A stretch of 64,000 nt of DNA from assembly GCA_020052645.1 (NCBI GenBank), contig JAGVOQ010000011.1:40890-104889 (forward strand), in the 5' to 3' direction. The notes below the pieces were generated by a model. The model worked only from the letters and a program-made list of their open reading frames with translations, made no database searches and had not been told where the DNA came from. Shown one piece after another: positions 28,880 through 36,824 of this stretch. The position numbers were made by a program, and so were the translations under genes. The stretch is from Candidatus Omnitrophota bacterium (GTDB taxonomy: Bacteria; Omnitrophota; Gorgyraeia; Velamenicoccales; Velamenicoccaceae). Numbering within the stretch: position 1 is the stretch's first letter; every line of letters starts with the position of its first letter.

Positions 28880-28957
28880 TAACTATTCACAAGAGCACCA
28901 ATTATAGCAAAAGACTATTCTAAACTCAAGGTTGCGTTCTTATTCAGGTCTTTGCAC

Positions 28958-30337
28958 CTACTCGCCGACTTTAAACAAGAGCTCCAAATCTTTCTTTGCT
29001 TCTTCAAGGTCACAAGCGCTTAATTCTCCAGTTTTTACAATGCATTTCACATTTCCATCATAATCCGACCACTCCTCAGAAAGCAACTCCCCTCTTTCCT
29101 CTACTTGCCTAAAATACTCAGTACCTGGAAAAGGGGTCGCATATGAAAACTGACAAGAATCAGGCTTCAATTCTTGGATAAAAGACTTCATCGCGCGGAT
29201 CGTCTCTTTTGTCTCACCCAATAGCCCTAAACAAAAGGTCAAGTGAACCTTGATCCCTTGATCTTTAGTCGCCTGAATCATCTGCCTTGTTTTTTTAAGA
29301 TCGATATTTTTCTTGATCCCCTCTAGAACGGCTTGCGAGACAGATTCAACGCCATATTTAACCGCATAAAAACCGCTTCCCGCCAGAACATCTAAGGTTC
29401 CTTCATCCATCAAGTCAGCGCGCGCCATGGCTGACCAGGGAACAGACAACTTTCTTTTTTTAATCTCACCGGCAATCCCAAGCACATGGTTTTTATCAAC
29501 ATTGAAGCAATCATCGTCGAAATAGACGGCTTTAAAATGATATTCTTTAACCAAATATTCCATCTCATCGACTACGGCTCTAGGATTTCTGAGGCGGATG
29601 CGACGCTCGTTGTAGATCACTTGAGGCCAAAGACAAAACGTACACGCAAACGGACAACCGCGGCTTGACAACATCTGCACGCTTGGAAACGGCATTTGAC
29701 AAAAACCGTCATGATATCTTTCCAGCGGCAAACTCGCGCGTTCAGGCCAAGGGAGTTCGTCAAGAGGTTCAATGCTCAAACGACGCGGATTTTCTAATAC
29801 TTGGCCGCTTTCCCGATAAGACAATCCGCGCACCTGGCTTAACTTTGAACCCGTCGCAAGATGCCGCACTAAATCCAAAAGCGTTCCTTCATACTCACCC
29901 CGAAAGACATAATCGATAACCGGATAGTGCTCAAGAATCTGTTGTGAAAATACCGTGGCATGCGGCCCAACAAGCGCAACAGAACCAGGAACAAGGCATT
30001 CCTTCATTTTCTTAATAAGGAACAAATCGTTGTCAAAAGAAGGCGTGGATGTTTCTACGACGATCAATGTGGGTGAAAAAAACTTTATTTTTTCAATCGT
30101 CTCGTTAATATTCAATTCTTGGGCTATTGAATCCAAGAGCAAAACTTCAACTCCGTCTTTTTTTAAAACAGCAGCAGCTGTCGCCAAAAAAAACGGAAAA
30201 GGAATATAAGGCAAATGCCCTTTGGGCACTGGAGGCGCTGTGAATGGCCAGCGCGAACCGGCGCGCACGCCAAAACGGCCCCGCACTTCCCAGGGAAGAT
30301 TAACCAGAACAACGCGCATATTACTTTTTGAAATCAA
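28958..30337 (-). CDS. B12-binding-domain radical SAM enzyme (class B)
   Basis: N-terminal Rossmann/B12-like module (MRVVLVNLPW...) followed by SSRGCPFACTFCLWP (CxxxCxxC). Confidence 0.8.
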   Translation of the reverse strand: MISKSNMRVVLVNLPWEVRGRFGVRAGSRWPFTAPPVPKGHLPYIPFPFFLATAAAVLKKDGVEVLLLDSIAQELNINETIEKIKFFSPTLIVVETSTPSFDNDLFLIKKMKECLVPGSVALVGPHATVFSQQILEHYPVIDYVFRGEYEGTLLDLVRHLATGSKLSQVRGLSYRESGQVLENPRRLSIEPLDELPWPERASLPLERYHDGFCQMPFPSVQMLSSRGCPFACTFCLWPQVIYNERRIRLRNPRAVVDEMEYLVKEYHFKAVYFDDDCFNVDKNHVLGIAGEIKKRKLSVPWSAMARADLMDEGTLDVLAGSGFYAVKYGVESVSQAVLEGIKKNIDLKKTRQMIQATKDQGIKVHLTFCLGLLGETKETIRAMKSFIQELKPDSCQFSYATPFPGTEYFRQVEERGELLSEEWSDYDGNVKCIVKTGELSACDLEEAKKDLELLFKVGE

Positions 30338-30659
30338 GGTGTTGCTCGATTTGTTCGAATGTAGAGGTTATTTGCTCAATATTAAGATTCATATCTTTAC
30401 AATCGCAATTCATCTGTTCCAGCATCTGCTTGGAATCAAACAACATCTGGCCCATGTTGGCGAACATGCGCACCAACGCCGCAGCCAACAGGCTATTGAA
30501 CAAAATAAAAAAACCCACCAACGGCAAACGCCCCTTCTGAAAATCAAAGATTGTCATGTAAATGGCCCCGCTCGCCCCTAAAAAAACCATGAGCCAGGAA
30601 AAAATTTCCAAAACAATCGTTGTCGGCATCTGTTGATTCTTCTTCGTCCATTTAATCAT
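30321..30659 (-). CDS. small 2-TM protein with a helical Met/Gln/Cys-containing tail
   Basis: Strong RBS (AAAGGGGG, 5 nt before the ATG). Two TM segments, then MLFDSKQMLEQMNCDCKDMNLNIEQITSTFEQIEQHL. Overlaps the next gene by 17 nt. Confidence 0.5.
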   Translation of the reverse strand: MIKWTKKNQQMPTTIVLEIFSWLMVFLGASGAIYMTIFDFQKGRLPLVGFFILFNSLLAAALVRMFANMGQMLFDSKQMLEQMNCDCKDMNLNIEQITSTFEQIEQHLDFKK

Positions 30660-30827
30660 ACGTAACCCCCTTTGTTTTGCTTCGCTTAAGGTCTCACCCT
30701 TTCAAAACAAACCTCGACGCTTTCTTAAAACTTTTTGAAGTTTTTAAGAGTTTAAGCGGCGGGTTATTCGCTAAATCATCTAAACGCCTTTTCAGAGATT
30801 AAACAAGAAATACTTCGCTTCCTTTTT

Positions 30828-32126
30828 TCACATTTCCCTATGCGTTGCTTCAGCTGCCTGTGCCAGAAGCATCAACATCTCAGGCATGCGCATTCTTAGG
30901 CCCTCGACCCATTCTTCAAAACAGACGGAAGATTCTTTTAAAAAACTTGTATCCAAATGAGGATGCTCTTTTTCCCTAATATCCTTCCAGTCATGAGCGC
31001 CTTCAACCAAAGCGACAAAACTTTTTAAAAGTTCCTCTTTAACATCAGGAAAAACAGATAAAAAAAGGTCTTTAAAAAAAGACTCACGAAATCGTGAATC
31101 GCGAAATTGGTGCCGTAGACAATTACTTAAAAGAAGGGAAAACGCGAAAAAATTCTGCGCAAGCGCCTTTGAGTCCGGGACAAGGCTTAAAAATGTAGAA
31201 CGCCCTCGGTCCATATGGTAAAAAAAACTTAAGTCCATCAACGCAACAAATCGAGAGAAGTCTGAGGCCTCCTCGCGCGACGATTTCTTTTTCTCCTGAA
31301 AAAAGAAAAATTCAAAATCTTTAAAAGCATGATGAACAGCCATTAAAAAATTAATGTAGAGTAAATTTTTGTTTCCCGCTTTTAAGTCTTCTTCCATGTA
31401 ATGCTGAGCGGTCCAGAAATCTGTTTTGATTTTTGTCAAAAATCGCGTAGCCTGAAAATGATTCTCCTGCGTATAATAAGGCAATTGCCAATGCCAATGA
31501 TTATTTAAAACAGATATAAGAGTGTCCCGCTTTAAATGGTTCGCGACAGCCCTTGGTTCATATTTAAAAATATACCCCGCGTTCCTCAACCTTGAACAAA
31601 TCTCAACATCCTCGTAGTTGGTCTTATAAATCTCATCGTAAAGACCGATTTTTGAAAAGACGTCGTGACGAAAAACCGTGTTAGAGCCGAATAAAAAAGG
31701 CGGTTCGCTTTGAGTCTCATGCCAATATTGGCGCATATGCACGGAGCGCCACTCATCGCAAACGTTCGACGTATACGCTTCGCAAAGTTTGCCGCCGGCG
31801 CCCGCGACGCAAGGCGCGTCAAATTTTTCAACAAGAAGCTTCAGCCAATCGGCTTGCGGAACACAATCCGCATCCAGGGATGCGATAAAAACCGAACGGG
31901 TATTCTTAAGACCCGAATTGCGGGCCGCTGCCAGTCCGAGATTGCTTTGATGACGAATGAGACGGACAGGATACCTTAAGACGATATCAACCGTTTCATC
32001 ACTTGAGCCGTCATCAATGACCAAAACCTCTTTTAATGGAAACGACTGCGCCAACACAGCCTTCAAACAGGGCTCGATGGTGTGCGCGGCGTTAAAACAA
32101 GGAATAACAACAGTAACGTCATCCAT
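30828..32126 (-). CDS. family-2 glycosyltransferase with an unassigned C-terminal domain
   Basis: VTVVIPCFNAAHTI..., VLVIDDGSSDET and a DADC (DxD) motif. The C-terminal half of about 200 aa is unrecognised. Confidence 0.8.
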   Translation of the reverse strand: MDDVTVVIPCFNAAHTIEPCLKAVLAQSFPLKEVLVIDDGSSDETVDIVLRYPVRLIRHQSNLGLAAARNSGLKNTRSVFIASLDADCVPQADWLKLLVEKFDAPCVAGAGGKLCEAYTSNVCDEWRSVHMRQYWHETQSEPPFLFGSNTVFRHDVFSKIGLYDEIYKTNYEDVEICSRLRNAGYIFKYEPRAVANHLKRDTLISVLNNHWHWQLPYYTQENHFQATRFLTKIKTDFWTAQHYMEEDLKAGNKNLLYINFLMAVHHAFKDFEFFFFQEKKKSSREEASDFSRFVALMDLSFFYHMDRGRSTFLSLVPDSKALAQNFFAFSLLLSNCLRHQFRDSRFRESFFKDLFLSVFPDVKEELLKSFVALVEGAHDWKDIREKEHPHLDTSFLKESSVCFEEWVEGLRMRMPEMLMLLAQAAEATHREM

Positions 32127-33297
32127 TTTTTAAATAATCCAGTTTTTTTTGAATATTGTCCTGTGCTGAGCGAATCTCAGCCAATATTTTATTTGAGGCA
32201 TCCTCTTTCCTTCTTGAAACCATAACTTGATCCAACAAAACACGTGCGATTTTTAAACCCATATATCTAAAATATTGATAAGCCCTGAAATAAAATCTTT
32301 TTTTTTGAATTTTCTTGAACTTCGCAACGTTAAACGTCTTTAATAATTTATATCCGCGTGGAACAAAATTACGGTCATAACAACTCATAAGACAACCGCA
32401 ACAACCAGTTTTTAAAACATCCTGCCGCAAGCGATCATGTGCGTCGGAATTCCAAATATTAAGCAGCGAGCCTTGCGCGATATTACCCAAGGGCTTGTCG
32501 CTTAAAACCCAGCAAAGAAAAACATCGCCTTGGGCTGATATAGGGCACGATGTCCATAAGGCACGGCAAGAATGCTCTTTGACAGGCGGCCTTAGATCGC
32601 ACAGATACGAGGCCAGATCCAAAAGATACCCCTTAGGGTTGGTTTCGATTCCATAAGACCTGGCCAATTCCATCACGCGTTCAAGGCTCGCCTGAACATC
32701 CGCAAGCAATTCACTGGAAATAAAAAAATCCCGCCGCTTGTTTTTATCAATAAGAAAAATATCACTAAAGGGCTGGAATTTCACCGAAGAGACGCCGTGA
32801 CGGCGGGCCAGATCCATAACATCAGACAACGTCTGATAATTCTGCCGACACACAATAGTGGCAATCGTTGTCTCAATTTTTTTTGCAGAAAGAATCTCGA
32901 GCGCTTTTAAAGCTCTTTTAAAGCTCCCCTGGCCTCTTAAAACATCATGCACGACTTCAGGCCCCTCGAGCGAGATATTAACAACGCCGATTCCCGAAGC
33001 TGCGAGACGTTCGGCGATGGCCTCATCAATCAACGTCCCATTAGACGTCAAGCAGGTGTTGATCTTTAATTCATGGACAAGAGACATTAGCTCAAAGATA
33101 TCAGACCGTACAAGCGGCTCTCCTCCGCTAAAAACAATGCTTTCAGGACACAACCGCGCGGCATCCCGGATCAATCTCTTACACTGTTCAGTGCTTAATT
33201 CCGCCTTGTCATTTTTTTCAGGAATCTGACACATGGCACATCTTAAATTGCACCGGTTTGTTATGGAAAGGATGACTTCTTTTAATCTATTGTTCAT
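32119..33297 (-). CDS. radical SAM enzyme with a Cys-rich C-terminal (SPASM/twitch-like) domain
   Basis: ITNRCNLRCAMCQ, FSGGEPLVRSDIF, TSNGTLID, and a C-terminal CPISAQGDVFLC...GCCGCLMSC. Confidence 0.85.
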   Translation of the reverse strand: MNNRLKEVILSITNRCNLRCAMCQIPEKNDKAELSTEQCKRLIRDAARLCPESIVFSGGEPLVRSDIFELMSLVHELKINTCLTSNGTLIDEAIAERLAASGIGVVNISLEGPEVVHDVLRGQGSFKRALKALEILSAKKIETTIATIVCRQNYQTLSDVMDLARRHGVSSVKFQPFSDIFLIDKNKRRDFFISSELLADVQASLERVMELARSYGIETNPKGYLLDLASYLCDLRPPVKEHSCRALWTSCPISAQGDVFLCWVLSDKPLGNIAQGSLLNIWNSDAHDRLRQDVLKTGCCGCLMSCYDRNFVPRGYKLLKTFNVAKFKKIQKKRFYFRAYQYFRYMGLKIARVLLDQVMVSRRKEDASNKILAEIRSAQDNIQKKLDYLKNG

Positions 33298-34493
33298 GGA
33301 TGGCTGGGTTTTCTTTCTATCATGGACTCATACGGCTTAAGCATCTTCAAGCCTTTTTCTAAAATTTCTCTTTTTTCCAGATCACTTAAAGGCAAGGACT
33401 CGATTTGACAGGTAAAATTTTCAACGATAGCACTCAACGAATCAGCTTCAGGCCGCGCCCAACAAGTCTGTAAACACGGCTTAGCGCAACGCAGCATCTT
33501 ATCTCGGGCTTTTTGAGCCTGGGCGCTCGATAAACAATCATTCAAGCTCATGTCCCTGACGTTGCCGAAAGAAGAACCACAGCTCCTGACATTCCCATCA
33601 GGGCCAATATCAATAAATACAAAAGGATTGCACTTCCAAATCTCTCTTGTTAATGTCCCTTGAAAATAATCGAGCCAAAGCATAGGGTCGTGTAGAAAAG
33701 CAATCCGCTCGTCATTCTTTTGGGCCGCCGCGATCCGCTCAATCTGAACTTTCAAGAGATTTACCTTATCTTTTCTTACCCAAAACGAACCTGTAGAAAT
33801 CGTATTCTGCATATCCGCCTGAGCCACGATAACAGGATGATAAACCAAGTGATCTATTTCAAGCTCTTGGGCAAGCGTCATCATATCGCAGAGCTCTTCT
33901 AAATTTTCTTTCATAATAGTCATCCAAACAGAAATATCAGGGCCACTCCCCTTCTTTTTCTTTTCTTGGGAAAGAGCACGCAAAGCGCCAACAGCCTTTT
34001 GATACGTACCGCCCACGCCACGAATCGCATCATGAGTTTCAGCGACAGCGCCGTCCAAAGAAACAGCGATATTCTTTAAGCCCGAGGCCACAATCTTTTC
34101 AATCATATGAGCGCTATCAATCAGGGTGCCATTCGTAACAACTTCTGTTTTTAACCCAAGAGATACCGCCCCATCAATAATGCTAAAAATGTCCCTTCTT
34201 AAAAATGGCTCGCCCCCTGTAAAAACAACACAAGGATCCGTTTGCCACTGTGCGATTTCAGCCAAAACCTTTTTCAAAAGCATAAAGTCCAGTTTATGCC
34301 GTCGAAGCGTTCTCTTGTTGCCGCACATTTGACAGTCTAAATTACATTTATGAGAAAGGCTGATGTAAATCCATTGCGGCCTAGCCAATGGTTTCTTAAA
34401 CACAGAGGAAAAATAATATTTCAGATTTTCCTCGAAATTCTTTAGTGGCGCTGAACCCGAATGCGTTTTTTCTAACTTCATTGTTTCATTCAT
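33294..34493 (-). CDS. radical SAM enzyme, paralogue 2
   Basis: SLSHKCNLDCQMCG, FTGGEPFLRRDIF and RCAKPCLQTC. The start at Met25 forms an ATGA overlap with the upstream stop. Confidence 0.85.
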   Translation of the reverse strand: MNETMKLEKTHSGSAPLKNFEENLKYYFSSVFKKPLARPQWIYISLSHKCNLDCQMCGNKRTLRRHKLDFMLLKKVLAEIAQWQTDPCVVFTGGEPFLRRDIFSIIDGAVSLGLKTEVVTNGTLIDSAHMIEKIVASGLKNIAVSLDGAVAETHDAIRGVGGTYQKAVGALRALSQEKKKKGSGPDISVWMTIMKENLEELCDMMTLAQELEIDHLVYHPVIVAQADMQNTISTGSFWVRKDKVNLLKVQIERIAAAQKNDERIAFLHDPMLWLDYFQGTLTREIWKCNPFVFIDIGPDGNVRSCGSSFGNVRDMSLNDCLSSAQAQKARDKMLRCAKPCLQTCWARPEADSLSAIVENFTCQIESLPLSDLEKREILEKGLKMLKPYESMIERKPSHP

Positions 34494-35752
34494 CGTAAAG
34501 AATTGATTTTTTTCCTTATACATCCAAGGCGACCCAATTCCCGTCCCAAGCCGTATGTTTCCCAAAAGCCGAAAGCACCCACTTTTTTATCTTTGATTTC
34601 TGTCCTTAAAACATCTTCTAAGGCTTTAAGCCTGTCCAAGAGCCCGGCCTTAACCTCGCTCTTTTCATCCTGGGGCTTTGAAGAAACCTTTTTAAGATAC
34701 TCACTGACTTGAGCTATGATATCCGTCGGAAAATAAATGCAATCCTGCATACAAAAATTCCTGCAGTTTTTAGCGCTTTCCCTGATTTTTTTAGCCTTAT
34801 GACAAAACCAGAGTTCTTTAAGGGTTTTATTTTTTAAATTTCCATACACACCGAAACAGCTCCAAAGGACACCGTCATAAGAAATAACGATCCGCTTGAT
34901 CGCCTCATAACAGTTAAAACTTTTGAACACCTTCTTACTTTTAAAATATGCCGGCATGGCGTTAAGAATCGCCCTGTCGGTAAAAACGTTTGTCTCTTTA
35001 AAACCAGGTTTTAAGCTTAAAACTTTATTCCAGACTGATTTTAATAAGTCTATATCTCTTGCCTTCGGCCACAGATCATCTTTGGCCTCTTCATACATTT
35101 TTGTATTATTTGCCAAAAGTGGCTGAAAAAGGATGCTGCATTTATGATCCCTGGCAAATTCAACTAAAGGTAAGATATCGCCAATGTTAGCCCCCATCAC
35201 GGTACAATTAATGATAAGGGTCGGAAAAAATGTATTATACACCGACTTCAAGCGATTGAGCCTCTCAATATTCGATTTTACTTTTTCAAAAACACCCACC
35301 CCGCGTATAAAATCATTTTTTTCTTTCAAGCCGTCCAAAGAAAAAGACACATTGTTCACTTTCAACTTAATTATCTGTTCGCATTTCGCCTCATCAAGCA
35401 AAGTTCCGTTGGTGATAATATCCACCATCTCGATGCCGCGGCGAACAGCATAAGCAACAAGTTCGGATAATCCCTCTTTTAAAAAAGGCTCACCCCCTGA
35501 AAATATAATATGCCGGGCCCCCAGATCTTTAATTTGATCAATGATGTTTTTAAGTTCTTCAACACTCAACTCCTGTTCAAGCCTTGATGAAATATCAGGG
35601 ATATCACACATCTTGCACCGCAGGTTGCAGCGGTTGGTGAGATTGAAATAGACATGTTCCGGAGGGACAAGAGGTCGAGAAAGGGCCCTGCCGAAATAAA
35701 ACCCTAAGATATCTTTCCACTGATTCAATTCTCTTCGCGCGAATAAATCCAT
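34490..35752 (-). CDS. radical SAM enzyme, paralogue 3
   Basis: NLTNRCNLRCKMCD, FSGGEPFLKEGL, ITNGTLLDE and NCRNFCMQDC. Confidence 0.85.
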   Translation of the reverse strand: MDLFARRELNQWKDILGFYFGRALSRPLVPPEHVYFNLTNRCNLRCKMCDIPDISSRLEQELSVEELKNIIDQIKDLGARHIIFSGGEPFLKEGLSELVAYAVRRGIEMVDIITNGTLLDEAKCEQIIKLKVNNVSFSLDGLKEKNDFIRGVGVFEKVKSNIERLNRLKSVYNTFFPTLIINCTVMGANIGDILPLVEFARDHKCSILFQPLLANNTKMYEEAKDDLWPKARDIDLLKSVWNKVLSLKPGFKETNVFTDRAILNAMPAYFKSKKVFKSFNCYEAIKRIVISYDGVLWSCFGVYGNLKNKTLKELWFCHKAKKIRESAKNCRNFCMQDCIYFPTDIIAQVSEYLKKVSSKPQDEKSEVKAGLLDRLKALEDVLRTEIKDKKVGAFGFWETYGLGRELGRLGCIRKKINSLR

Positions 35753-35767
35753 GTTTGAACTTTTTCT

Positions 35768-36805
35768 TTAACTACACAACTGTTTCGCTAAATGCTTCAA
35801 ACTCCCCGCGGCTATTTTAGAATAACAGGCCTGTAAACACAGCCGCGTGCACGTCTTGGAATGCCTACGCAATTCATGAGCCTCTTTTGACCTCCAGGCT
35901 TTTTTTAATGAACACCTGCTTAAGTCGCCGCAAAGGCCGTGGCAGGAATACGCATAGGGAATTTTATGAGAAAAACAGACAAACAATGTTTTGAAACCTC
36001 CAAAACAAACCCAATCTTTTTGAGTCAAAGTTCCGTCGTAATATTTAACAAGAAGATTCAGGCTGGGCTCTTCATAAAGGCGCACATGCCGGTATTGGGC
36101 GGTTTTTATTTTTTCGATCTCATCTTTTAACAACCTTAAACTGTTTTTTTGGACCCACCCAGAGCTTTTGGAACAATCCGTAAAATCAGCATTGTCCGAA
36201 AGAATCGGCTGAAAATTAATAACATCTATCTTGTGCTCATCCGCCCACGCGGCGATTTTTGACAATTCACCCGCGTTAACATCCATCACTGTGCAGGCGA
36301 CTCCTAAAGAAAAAAAACGTTTTTTGAAGCGGAACTCATTCAAAAAACCTATCCCTTCAACGATTTTCCCAAACGTCCCAGAACCTCTTAAATGATCATG
36401 GGTAGCCTTTAGCCCATCCATTGAAATATGAACATGGGCAACGCCACTGTCAGCGAGTTTTTTAGAAACATCCTCATCTAACAAAGTGCCATTAGTCGTA
36501 AGTACAGTCTTTAAGCCGCGTACAGCGGCATAGCGACAAATGTCAAAGATATCGCTCCGAAGAAGCGGCTCTCCACCGGTTAAGACCAATTCCTTAACCC
36601 CTAGAGCCACAGCGCCATCTAAGAGCTTTTCCACCTGGGCCTGCGCAAGTTCTTCCTCCTGCGGCAATAATTGCTTTAAATGACAAATTTTGCACTTCAA
36701 ATTGCAACGATACGTCAGCGCAACCTGCATCACTTGAGGACCAACAAGAGGATAACCGATCTTGTGCGACAGCCAAAAGAAAAAATTATCTTTTTGACAG
36801 ATCAT
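35768..36805 (-). CDS. radical SAM enzyme, paralogue 4
   Basis: ALTYRCNLKCKICH, LTGGEPLLRSDIF, TTNGTLLDE and TCTRLCLQAC. Confidence 0.85.
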   Translation of the reverse strand: MICQKDNFFFWLSHKIGYPLVGPQVMQVALTYRCNLKCKICHLKQLLPQEEELAQAQVEKLLDGAVALGVKELVLTGGEPLLRSDIFDICRYAAVRGLKTVLTTNGTLLDEDVSKKLADSGVAHVHISMDGLKATHDHLRGSGTFGKIVEGIGFLNEFRFKKRFFSLGVACTVMDVNAGELSKIAAWADEHKIDVINFQPILSDNADFTDCSKSSGWVQKNSLRLLKDEIEKIKTAQYRHVRLYEEPSLNLLVKYYDGTLTQKDWVCFGGFKTLFVCFSHKIPYAYSCHGLCGDLSRCSLKKAWRSKEAHELRRHSKTCTRLCLQACYSKIAAGSLKHLAKQLCS

Positions 36806-36824
36806 TTTTTAAATTTATTTTTTG

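Noticed and set aside
30222-30581. 119-aa plus-strand ORF, and many other antisense ORFs of 60-170 aa inside long minus-strand genes
   Set aside because: They are antisense shadows of genes with clear family motifs. Their translations are Ser/Pro/Arg-rich or low-complexity.
30660-30827. RiPP precursor peptide gene in the radical-SAM cluster spacer
   Set aside because: The minus-strand reading gives only ATG-ATT-TAG. No ORF of useful length with an RBS was found here or in the other gaps, which are all 19 nt or shorter.
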